A stretch of DNA of 64,000 nucleotides from a virus (taxonomy: Duplodnaviria > Caudoviricetes). The notes beneath the pieces were generated by a model. The model did no database searches. It saw only the letters and a list, made by a program, of their open reading frames with translations, and was not told the DNA's origin. The stretch is from the IMG/VR virus record IMGVR_UViG_3300025732_000016. One strand, written 5' to 3'. The translations under genes and the position numbers were made by a program. Within the stretch, counting starts at the first letter, position 1; the number at the start of each line of letters is the position of its first letter. Below are positions 27,259 through 34,599 of the stretch, piece after piece.

Positions 27259-27858
27259 CTAACTATTCGGCCTCACGCCACTTCGCAGGACAATCTCGCA
27301 GATGTGGTCGAGCCTCTCGATGTGCTCGTACGCCGACCATGGGTCACCCGCCACCGAGCACACCCCGTGGTTCGCCTGACCCACGACATCGAAGGCGAGC
27401 TTCCCGTTCCCGTCCAACATCGCGGAGGCAGTCGCACGTGCCAACTCAGGTGATGTGGCAGGCAGGACCGGGACTGTCGGGCCCACCCTCGTGTACCGGC
27501 TCACCTCAGGGAACTCACTTGCGATCCTCTGCAGGTCCCAGCCTGCGTAGACAGCAGCGACAATGTGGGTCGGATGGACATGGACGACTGCACGGGTGGA
27601 GCTGTTACCCAGCTGGAGGAGACGGTGCATCTCCAGTTCACCGGATGGGCTTGAGTCCTTCGGCACGTCAAGCGTCCCGTCGAAGCCGAACCTCACCTTG
27701 ACGACGTGTTCAGGATGGATGATGGTCTTACGCCAGCCGGAGGGTGTGATGTAGAGTGTCTGAGAACCTCTCTTTCGCAGCGAGATGTTACCGTCCCTCG
27801 TAGTTATCCATCCCTTGTCGTAGCATCTCCTCATCACATCACCGATAGCAGTGAGCAT
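27259..27858 (-). CDS. Class II aldolase/adducin-family protein
   Basis: RDGNIS, ITPSG, PSGELEMH, VVHVHP and NHG motifs. Confidence 0.85.
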   Translation of the reverse strand: MLTAIGDVMRRCYDKGWITTRDGNISLRKRGSQTLYITPSGWRKTIIHPEHVVKVRFGFDGTLDVPKDSSPSGELEMHRLLQLGNSSTRAVVHVHPTHIVAAVYAGWDLQRIASEFPEVSRYTRVGPTVPVLPATSPELARATASAMLDGNGKLAFDVVGQANHGVCSVAGDPWSAYEHIERLDHICEIVLRSGVRPNS

Positions 27859-27887
27859 CTTTCCTCCGGGAGGTAAGTATTAAAAGA

Positions 27888-27915
27888 ATATGGCCCGGTA
27901 GAAACCGGGCCATAT
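27888..27915 (-). terminator. Intrinsic terminator after tRNA-Glu
   Basis: 11-bp inverted repeat ATATGGCCCGG/CCGGGCCATAT followed by TCTTTT. Confidence 0.7.
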
Positions 27916-27989
27916 GGCGATCCCACCGGGAGTTGAACCCGGCTTCCGGGGATGAAAACCCCGTGTCCTAACCGATAGACGATGGGATC
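27915..27989 (-). tRNA. tRNA-Glu(UUC)
   Basis: Loop UU-UUC-AU; CCA. Confidence 0.95.
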
Positions 27990-27993
27990 AAAG

Positions 27994-28069
27994 TGGTGGG
28001 ACCAATGGGGATCGAACCCATGACCCTCGGATTAAAAGTCCGGTGCTCTACCTGCTGAGCTATAGTCCC
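27994..28069 (-). tRNA. tRNA-Lys(UUU)
   Basis: Loop CU-UUU-AA; CCA. Confidence 0.95.
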
Positions 28070-28137
28070 AAATGACCGGCCAAAGTTTGACCTATGAGAT
28101 TGTAACAAGCTCTCACAGGTTGACAACTTCTCGGGAA

Positions 28138-28956
28138 CTATTTGATCTTGCAGGTCACTTTCTTCGCCGAAGCCTGATCGCCGAGGTCAACGGGCCAGAG
28201 AGCCTTCGCAGTCGCAGACTTGTCGAGGCCCGCGGGGACCGGGAACGTGATGCCAGTCACTCCCTCGATGGCAGAGATCGAGACTGCGCTGGGGAGCGGG
28301 TCAGAGGGCTGCTTCTCGATCTGCCTGAAGACGAAGGCGAGCGACTCTCCGGTCGTTCCGTCGATGACGATCTTGTAGAGGGAGTCCGGCACAACGACCT
28401 TGCTTTCGCCGATCGTCTTGCTCTTGCCGACCTCGTAGATGTTCCCGGCGTAGACTGTGAGATTGTGCTTCCGTCCCCAAGCCCACGCACGGGTGCTCGC
28501 CTCGATGCCCTTCCAGACTCCCCGGTTGAGGTTCGGGAGCTGCGGGCTCATGTTGCTCATGAGGAACGATTCCTGCTCGGCCTGGAGGCTCCAGCTGAGG
28601 TCGGCGTCGGGAGTGAGGTGACCCTTGTCGTAGCCCGACTTCGCGTAGTCACCGGGAGTGGACCTCCCGTCCTTCGGGAGAGACTCGTCTGCGACAAAAG
28701 CGTCCTTGCGAGGGACGCATCCAACAGTCTCTTCGGGCGTGACAGTCCACGCGGTCCAAACGGGGACCTTCGCGGTGTTGTCGTGGAGAGTCGCATAGCC
28801 CTCTCTGCAGAGGAGAGTCGTGTTCACTTTCTGGGACTGCGGGACTCCCCAGGGAAGCTCAGCCGAGCACTGCTCAATCGGCTTGTTGGGCTTCTGGTCC
28901 CACGCGAGGGCTACCAGAGGAAGCGCGAGCAGTGCTGCAATTACGAGTCTCTTCAT
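28138..28956 (-). CDS. DNA/RNA non-specific endonuclease (His-Me finger) with signal peptide
   Basis: Signal peptide ALA|W; YDKGHLTP, SFLMSNMSPQLPNLNRGVWK and VVVPDSLYK. Confidence 0.9.
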   Translation of the reverse strand: MKRLVIAALLALPLVALAWDQKPNKPIEQCSAELPWGVPQSQKVNTTLLCREGYATLHDNTAKVPVWTAWTVTPEETVGCVPRKDAFVADESLPKDGRSTPGDYAKSGYDKGHLTPDADLSWSLQAEQESFLMSNMSPQLPNLNRGVWKGIEASTRAWAWGRKHNLTVYAGNIYEVGKSKTIGESKVVVPDSLYKIVIDGTTGESLAFVFRQIEKQPSDPLPSAVSISAIEGVTGITFPVPAGLDKSATAKALWPVDLGDQASAKKVTCKIK

Positions 28957-28995
28957 GTTCTCTCCGTGTGCTATGTATGCTTCACGAAGAGAAAG

Positions 28996-29070
28996 TGGTT
29001 GGGGCGGAAGGATTCGAACCTTCGGATGTGGGAGTCAAAGTCCCATGTCTTACCACTTGACGACGCCCCA
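28996..29070 (-). tRNA. tRNA-Gln(UUG)
   Basis: Loop CU-UUG-AC; CCA. Confidence 0.95.
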
Positions 29071-29071
29071 G

Positions 29072-29147
29072 TGGTGCCCCGAGCGGGATTCGAACCCGCC
29101 CTACAGGAATTTTAAGTTCCCTGACTCTGCCGCTGGTCTATCGGGGC
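29072..29147 (-). tRNA. tRNA-Leu(UAA) with short variable loop
   Basis: Loop CU-UAA-AA; only 5 nt in the variable region; CCA. Confidence 0.85.
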
Positions 29148-29151
29148 AAAG

Positions 29152-29235
29152 TGGTGCGCGAAGAGGGACTTGAACCCTCACACCTTCCGGCACGGGCTCC
29201 TAAGACCCGCGTGTCTGCCATTCCACCATTCGCGC
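29152..29235 (-). tRNA. tRNA-Leu(UAG)
   Basis: Loop CU-UAG-GA; long variable arm; CCA. Confidence 0.95.
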
Positions 29236-29240
29236 ATTTG

Positions 29241-29314
29241 TGGTCGGGGTGGCCAGAATCGAACTGGCGATAAATGCTCCCAAAGCACTCGTGTTACCTC
29301 TACACTACACCCCG
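29241..29314 (-). tRNA. tRNA-Pro(UGG)
   Basis: Loop UU-UGG-GA; CCA. Confidence 0.9.
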
Positions 29315-29916
29315 AAAATCTGTCTTAGTCTCTCTTCGATGTTCTCTTTAGACCTGATCCGAACAACATTGTATCCAAGAGAGACCAGCTTTTCATCTCT
29401 GGTTTTGTCTTTTTCGTTCCCTTCTGGGTGCCAGTGCTCACCGTCTATTTCGATCACTAGCTGATCGATGACAAAATCAGCGTAAAAGTTGTCGATTCTG
29501 ACTTGAGTCAGAAACTGGACGTCGTTCTTTGTGAGCCAATCAAAAGCTATTCTTTCCGGGAAAGACATCCTTTGTCTGTTGTTGGAAACGATTCTGTTCG
29601 GATGCTTGTCGGGTGATTCCTTGAATAGTAATTTCTTCTCATCAGAGACTCTCTTTCTTCTTGAATCGTCCCACCAGTCTTTAGTGAATGGAGAAGAGAC
29701 GCTTCCGTCTTTCAACTTTTGCTTCATAATGACAGAATTCTTCTCTGCCATTGAGGCAAGACCGGAGTGATCAGTCTTCTTTACACCGTAGTTCCACGCT
29801 TTCTTGCCTTGCATCCCATTCTTATAGTTTCTGTCTGGATTCTTTGGGCAAGTTCTCTCATGATGAGAGAGAGATCGTTTATTCTTACAGTCTTTTTCGC
29901 AAAATGAGCAGTTCAT
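29305..29916 (-). mobile_element. Free-standing homing-endonuclease-like gene (DUF559/Vsr-like nuclease with N-terminal Zn finger)
   Basis: CSFC...HHERTC; SFPE...FYADF...IEIDGEHWH...RD...GYNVVRI; AT-richer than neighbours; stop codon lies inside tRNA-Pro. Confidence 0.75.
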
Positions 29917-29950
29917 GTCTTAAGTATGAGGCAGACGCTCTACTAAGATG

Positions 29951-30025
29951 TGGTTGTCGAGATCGGGATTGAACCGATGACCCTCGCCTTGTAAGGGCGG
30001 TGCTCTTCCGCTGAGCTACTCGACA
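29951..30025 (-). tRNA. tRNA-Val(UAC)
   Basis: Loop CU-UAC-AA; CCA. Confidence 0.95.
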
Positions 30026-30030
30026 CTGTT

Positions 30031-30107
30031 TGGTAGGTCCGGGCCGACTTGAACGGCCGACCTCTGCCTTATCAGGGCAGCACTCTAACCAGCTGAGCTA
30101 CGAACCT
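30031..30107 (-). tRNA. tRNA-Ile(GAU)
   Basis: Loop CU-GAU-AA; CCA. Confidence 0.95.
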
Positions 30108-30111
30108 TCAG

Positions 30112-30187
30112 TGGTGGAGGCGAGGGGGTTCGAACCCCTGACCCCCGGCTTGCAAAGCCGGTGCTCTCCCAACTGAGCTACGCCCCC
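30112..30187 (-). tRNA. tRNA-Ala(UGC)
   Basis: Loop UU-UGC-AA; G3:U70; CCA. Confidence 0.95.
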
Positions 30188-30199
30188 AAAGGATAGTCT

Positions 30200-30228
30200 A
30201 CTGTATCTGACATCAGGACTTTGTTCAC
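30200..30228 (-). promoter_or_regulatory. Putative sigma70-type promoter for Ala-Ile-Val tRNAs
   Basis: GTGAAC-N17-TACAGT. Confidence 0.5.
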
Positions 30229-30246
30229 CAAATGGGTGAAACGGGA

Positions 30247-30654
30247 CTACTTCCCTGCCGGCTTCACTCTCAGGATCTGGTCCTCGGTCCTATAGCCGAC
30301 GGGTCCTGAAGGGAAGAAGCGACGCTGCATTGCGTCCCAATCGAAAGTCCTTTCGTTACCACTGTCACCCTTGAATTTCAGGTAGCTCTGGTAAGCCTCG
30401 CCGCTGAGACCCTCGCGGCCTGCTCCGAAGAACTTCGTCATGAGACCGAGACCAGACTTCTCGTCCTCACCGGCCTTTGAGACGAGCCAGTCAATGAAGG
30501 TCCAGGTTCCTTCCATCCCATTGATCTCATACTTTGCGCCCTTCTTCAGGACTTTTGCAAAATTCTTCGCATCAAGCTCGACAAATCCCTCCGCCGCCTC
30601 ACGAAGCAGCTCTTCACGGATGACCTGACGTAGACGTGACTCGGTGATTCTCAT
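30247..30654 (-). CDS. Hypothetical protein with N-terminal tag
   Basis: MRITESRLRQVIREELLRE; AATAGATA upstream. Confidence 0.65.
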   Translation of the reverse strand: MRITESRLRQVIREELLREAAEGFVELDAKNFAKVLKKGAKYEINGMEGTWTFIDWLVSKAGEDEKSGLGLMTKFFGAGREGLSGEAYQSYLKFKGDSGNERTFDWDAMQRRFFPSGPVGYRTEDQILRVKPAGK

Positions 30655-30707
30655 TGCGGTAACCCCATTCTGCTCACTATCTATTCGATGAGCAGCAGAC
30701 TTTATGA

Positions 30708-30908
30708 CTATCCTGTCACGTCCTCGACCTCTCCGTCAAAGGAGAGGCAGAGCTCAGGTTCACGAGGGTGCTCCGTTGACCAGTCCATCGAGCACTCCCT
30801 GGAGAAGTGCTCCACCAGCGTGGGATGATTGCGCTCGCACCACTGGCGGAGCGCCTCGTGAACCTCGTCCCTGCTGAAGTAGAGGTTCACCATCTTCATC
30901 TGCCTCAT
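30708..30908 (-). CDS. Hypothetical protein
   Basis: ATGA-coupled small ORF. Confidence 0.5.
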   Translation of the reverse strand: MRQMKMVNLYFSRDEVHEALRQWCERNHPTLVEHFSRECSMDWSTEHPREPELCLSFDGEVEDVTG

Positions 30909-31006
30909 CCGCCCGCCGCCATCACGAGGACTGGCATCGAGAAGAGGACGATGATACCGATGACGACTGCCACAAACTCAATCTTGCTCTTTGTCTCGAA
31001 ACTCAT
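30905..31006 (-). CDS. 33-aa single-pass membrane peptide (not in ORF track)
   Basis: MSFETKSKIEFVAVVIGIIVLFSMPVLVMAAGG; ATGA overlaps at both ends. Confidence 0.55.
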   Translation of the reverse strand: MSFETKSKIEFVAVVIGIIVLFSMPVLVMAAGG

Positions 31007-31320
31007 GCTTGCTCCTTGATCCGAAGTGTTTTGATGGGCTGACCGTAGTTGGTCTTCTCGCTATCCGTAATCTCGAGAAGACCCGCCTTGAGGAGCTTCC
31101 GAATCTGGCGGTGGACGTTGGTGAAGCCGTCTCCCTCCGCAAGGTAGATTCCTGACCTGAACCAGGGCCCCGTCGACCAGATGCTGATGCTACCGAATCC
31201 GATAGCCTCCTCGAAGCTCATCATGCGCATCGTTCCTGGACAGATGTACCCCCTGGAACGGGATGCAACGAGGAACTTGGAGTCCTTGAGCTTGTTGAGC
31301 AGCTCCTGTAGTTCTTCCAT
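31003..31320 (-). CDS. Hypothetical protein
   Basis: TAATG coupling at 31320. Confidence 0.55.
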   Translation of the reverse strand: MEELQELLNKLKDSKFLVASRSRGYICPGTMRMMSFEEAIGFGSISIWSTGPWFRSGIYLAEGDGFTNVHRQIRKLLKAGLLEITDSEKTNYGQPIKTLRIKEQA

Positions 31321-31508
31321 TAGAACGCTCCGGTGAGGAAGGACCACGCGAAACTGAGGATCCACGCCGAGAACCAGATGACGACAGACGAAAGAAACAC
31401 TGCGAGGCTGAATCCGAGAACTCCGTAGGCAAGACCGAGAGTCTTGCTGAATGGGTCATCAGTGAACTCGCTCCAGTGCTTCATTGCGATTGCCTTGACA
31501 CTTTCCAT
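31320..31508 (-). CDS. Small membrane protein
   Basis: RBS AAGGAG; long hydrophobic stretch. Confidence 0.55.
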   Translation of the reverse strand: MESVKAIAMKHWSEFTDDPFSKTLGLAYGVLGFSLAVFLSSVVIWFSAWILSFAWSFLTGAF

Positions 31509-31528
31509 GTTTTCTCCTTTATTCGACA

Positions 31529-32407
31529 TTAGACTTCAGGACAGGGTTGTTCAATCTGATTAAGGGCCCAGTCAACCTGAATGGTTTGTCCGTTTGCCCT
31601 CATCTGGTAGGTGTCACCCCCAATCTCAATGTTCTCCGTCCACTTTCCGAGGAACATGATGAGGTCGGACTTTTCGATGTGACCGCCGCTGGCAAGCCTC
31701 TTCACGGCATTCTGGACGCCGTGGAGGTGACGTTCGGTGAACTCTGGGAAGTTGTCACCCGCAGCCTTCGCAAGCCACTCCACGAGGAGGGGATACGAGG
31801 ACTCCTCGATGCCGTCGTAGCCTCGATACTTCATATACTTCAGGATTCGAGATCCGAGGAACGGAGAGTGGATCTGGTTGATGCGAAGCTTTCGACTGGC
31901 CTCCAACTCGCGCCAGTCCTTCGGATGGATGAGGACATCACCCACCAGGGCAACCTGACAGTTGACCATGTCGAAGCGGGAGATGCATTCCTCTGGGGTC
32001 TTGCTGATAAGGTCAGGCCTGTCGATGAGCTGGACTTTGAAGTTGATGTCCCGCTTCTCAGGGATGGCCGCGGAATTAATCGAGACCCAGTCCATGGTCT
32101 CCTGTGCAAAACCCGCCATGGAACGACGATCCTTGAAGGAGCTCGTCGTCTTCTTGGCGCCCTCCTCCGAGGTGAAGAAGACGTCGACATCGCCTGCGTG
32201 TGTATAGACACCTTTCCCGTCGTCCTGGCTGACGTACTCGTGCAGAGAGTCGCCCCGGAGGAGAGCGCGAGCAAACCCGCCGGCGATGAAACCGCCGTTG
32301 TGAAACGAATTTCGCAAGCGAGCCGAACCGTGGAGAATCGCTCTCATGATCTCCATGTTCTCGCCCTTGACGACATCGAGGACGTGGGTCTCTACGAACT
32401 GGGACAA
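31529..32407 (-). CDS. CCA-adding/poly(A) polymerase head-domain-like nucleotidyltransferase
   Basis: IAGGFARALL..GDVDVFF (GGxxR..DxD) and SRFDMVNCQVA (RRDFTINA-like). Confidence 0.6.
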   Translation of the reverse strand: MSQFVETHVLDVVKGENMEIMRAILHGSARLRNSFHNGGFIAGGFARALLRGDSLHEYVSQDDGKGVYTHAGDVDVFFTSEEGAKKTTSSFKDRRSMAGFAQETMDWVSINSAAIPEKRDINFKVQLIDRPDLISKTPEECISRFDMVNCQVALVGDVLIHPKDWRELEASRKLRINQIHSPFLGSRILKYMKYRGYDGIEESSYPLLVEWLAKAAGDNFPEFTERHLHGVQNAVKRLASGGHIEKSDLIMFLGKWTENIEIGGDTYQMRANGQTIQVDWALNQIEQPCPEV

Positions 32408-32432
32408 TGTGCACCCGTGGTTTGGACGTAGA

Positions 32433-32508
32433 TGGTGGACCGGGTGGGGAACGATCCCACGACCTGCGGATTAAGAGTCCGACGCTCTACCGACTGAGCT
32501 ACCGGTCC
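32433..32508 (-). tRNA. tRNA-Lys(CUU) with atypical T-loop
   Basis: Loop CU-CUU-AA; T-loop AUCGUUC; CCA. Confidence 0.85.
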
Positions 32509-32512
32509 AGTG

Positions 32513-32600
32513 TGGTGGGGAAGGAGAGAATTGAACTCCCGACGTCCTTAGGAACCGGATTTACAGTCCGGTGCTAGCTACCAGCACTAGCAACTTCCCC
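32513..32600 (-). tRNA. tRNA-Tyr(GUA)
   Basis: Loop CU-GUA-AA; long variable arm; CCA. Confidence 0.9.
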
Positions 32601-32604
32601 AAAG

Positions 32605-32681
32605 TGGCCTCCCCTGCAGGACTCGAACCTGCTACCTCCGACTTAGAAGGACGGCGCTCTATCCAGATGAGCTAAGGGGAG
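32605..32681 (-). tRNA. tRNA-Arg(UCU)
   Basis: Loop CU-UCU-AA; CCA. Confidence 0.9.
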
Positions 32682-32735
32682 AAGTTTTATCCGTCTTTCC
32701 GGACCGCCAGACTGGTTATCTCACAATCATTGAAG

Positions 32736-32811
32736 TGGTAGGCGGGGTGGGGTTTGAACCCACGACCGGTCGGATATAAGCCGACTGCTCTGACCGCTGA
32801 GCTACCCGCCT
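32736..32811 (-). tRNA. tRNA-Ile(UAU)
   Basis: Anticodon stem GUCGG/CCGAC; loop CU-UAU-AU; A73; CCA. Confidence 0.9.
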
Positions 32812-32898
32812 GTAAGGGGCAGAGATCTTGTTGAGCAGATTTATTGGCATCCACGACCGGACCAGCATGGTAGAATATAAATCAGGGAACCAGATTGT

Positions 32899-33210
32899 TC
32901 AAAGGCTCCGCAACTTTTCGATCAGGACCTTCACGCTCGACTCGGTGGCCCCGACAAGCGTGTCAATCCGCTCACCGTTGTGAAACCCGATGACGGTTGG
33001 AACGGCCTGCACCTTCATCTTCTGGGAGAACTGCTCACCGCCCTCGATGTCGACGTATGCAAAGACGATATCAGGAGTCTCAAAAGAGATCTTCTCGACC
33101 TTGGGCTTCAGGAGCTTGCAGGGCATGCACCACGTGGCCCCGAACTGGACGATCACGTGAGTGTTGCCGTCGATGAGTTCCTGGATGTTGTCGTCGTTCC
33201 GGTTGATCAT
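32899..33210 (-). CDS. Thioredoxin
   Basis: FGATWCMPCK and VQAVPT. Confidence 0.9.
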   Translation of the reverse strand: MINRNDDNIQELIDGNTHVIVQFGATWCMPCKLLKPKVEKISFETPDIVFAYVDIEGGEQFSQKMKVQAVPTVIGFHNGERIDTLVGATESSVKVLIEKLRSL

Positions 33211-33482
33211 CTCTTCTCCCTGTATGGGGTCACAGAAGCTATGAATTTGGTTGGATCCACTCGCATGTAGCTCTTGGTCGAGTGGGGATTGCCCTCTTCA
33301 GTGCGGACAATCGTAATCTCGTTTGTGAGAAGGTGGTGTTCTACGACCTCAGCGACGTACCTCTTCATGTAGGTGCCGTATCCCCACTTCGTTCCGATCG
33401 CAGGGAACCTTGATGATCGCTGGCGCATGAACCACGCGATGTGAACGGTAGCGGCGATGAGGAGGGATAGCCCGAACAGCAT
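33207..33482 (-). CDS. Hypothetical protein with N-terminal membrane anchor
   Basis: Hydrophobic N-terminus; ATGA overlap. Confidence 0.5.
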   Translation of the reverse strand: MLFGLSLLIAATVHIAWFMRQRSSRFPAIGTKWGYGTYMKRYVAEVVEHHLLTNEITIVRTEEGNPHSTKSYMRVDPTKFIASVTPYREKR

Positions 33483-33499
33483 TGCTATGGGACTAAGTA

Positions 33500-33576
33500 T
33501 GGCTCCCGATCCCTGATTTGAACAGGGGACCCACGGATTAACAGTCCGTTGCTCTAACCAACTGAGCTAATCGGGA
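33500..33576 (-). tRNA. tRNA-Asn(GUU)
   Basis: Loop CU-GUU-AA; CCA. Confidence 0.95.
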
Positions 33577-33582
33577 ATGAAG

Positions 33583-33656
33583 TGGAGCGGGCACCGGGAT
33601 TCGAACCCGGTTATCCAGCTTGGAAGGCTGGTGCACAACCCATATGCCATGCCCGC
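33583..33656 (-). tRNA. tRNA-Gly(UCC)
   Basis: Loop CU-UCC-AA; U73; CCA. Confidence 0.95.
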
Positions 33657-33665
33657 GATTTGAAA

Positions 33666-33760
33666 GAACATGGAGACCCGGAGCTTGTACAGCGTCGGCC
33701 AACCCGGTTCGGCTGTGCTCCCCACTCACATGGGATACTGTACACCCGCCGTCCATGTTC
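33666..33760 (-). ncRNA. Candidate unknown structured ncRNA (three-way junction)
   Basis: 9-bp closing stem, 7-bp UGUACAG/CUGUACA stem and two hairpins (one GUGA tetraloop), between tRNA-Arg and tRNA-Gly. Confidence 0.55.
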
Positions 33761-33764
33761 AAAG

Positions 33765-33841
33765 TGGCGTCCACGACAGGATTCGAACCTGTGACCTATC
33801 GCTTAGGAAGCGATTGCTCTATCCAGCTGAGCTACGAGGAC
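33765..33841 (-). tRNA. tRNA-Arg(CCU)
   Basis: Loop UU-CCU-AA; CCA. Confidence 0.95.
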
Positions 33842-33879
33842 TTGTTCCGTTGATTGGTTTGGTTCCAACCAACATGCGT

Positions 33880-33908
33880 AATATAATTTACCTGTGAAAA
33901 CTGGACAA
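33880..33908 (-). promoter_or_regulatory. Putative sigma70-type promoter for the Arg-ncRNA-Gly-Asn cluster
   Basis: TTGTCC-N17-TATATT. Confidence 0.55.
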
Positions 33909-33916
33909 CTTTTCCT

Positions 33917-34183
33917 TCACTTATTTTCTCTCGGGATCAAGTGATCCTCGGTGAACCAGAGATTGCGCCCACCCACGTAGACGAGCCACATGGTGAAGCG
34001 ACCGCCCGTGTCCTTCTCTGGACCGTCAATCACGAGGCCCACCTCGCCGGGCTGTGGGAAGTACCCCCGACCCGGCATGATCCTGTCGGTGAGGTCCCTC
34101 GAGACGAGGCCCTCTGCGAATACGAGGTCCACTGAGGTTTCGATGGGGCAGAAAGAGACGAGGGCTCCAGTCTTGATGCTCAC
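33917..34183 (-). CDS. Hypothetical SH3-like protein
   Basis: GTGA-coupled start; IKTGALVSF...PGEVGLVI. Confidence 0.55.
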   Translation of the reverse strand: MSIKTGALVSFCPIETSVDLVFAEGLVSRDLTDRIMPGRGYFPQPGEVGLVIDGPEKDTGGRFTMWLVYVGGRNLWFTEDHLIPRENK

Positions 34184-34599
34184 TTTCTTTTCTCGTCGCA
34201 AGGGATGCACAGGGTCTTCACCCAGCCCCCTCGAATGGGCTTACCGGGACTGCCGCACTGTTCACAAGTCCTCACGGACATCGCCTCGGCCATCTGGATG
34301 ATTCCCCTCACGTAGTCGTCAGAGTTGTCCACGTAGAAGCGGAGTCCCCCGAACTTCTCCTTCACCTGCGCAGCCTTCGTCTGGAACTGCTCCTCGAACT
34401 CGGTGGGAGTTAGGTGGCGCTTTGCCCTGTGGTGGTTGAGGTGGTTCTGCACGCTTGAGCACAGGCAGTCGATGATGTTGTACCAGCCATCGCCCACCGA
34501 GATCCCGTAGCTGACGACCTCGTTCTCACCGTACGCGTTCGTTCGGGTGAAGATTTCAGGGTACTTCTCAATGAGCTTGTTCTCGAGTTCTGGTGACAC
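34180..34599 (-). CDS. Hypothetical phage protein with C-terminal Zn ribbon
   Basis: GDGWYNII, QVKEKFGGLRFY and CEQCG...TLC..C. Confidence 0.7.
   Translation of the reverse strand: MSPELENKLIEKYPEIFTRTNAYGENEVVSYGISVGDGWYNIIDCLCSSVQNHLNHHRAKRHLTPTEFEEQFQTKAAQVKEKFGGLRFYVDNSDDYVRGIIQMAEAMSVRTCEQCGSPGKPIRGGWVKTLCIPCDEKRK

Noticed and set aside
33666-33760. Calling this element a tRNA, 5S rRNA, SRP RNA or hammerhead
   Set aside because: It has no TPsiC loop or anticodon arm, no CUGAUGA/GAAA core and no SRP GNRA/AGCAG motif; the 5S-like CCCAUGUGAG is too short and out of order. Kept as an unknown ncRNA.
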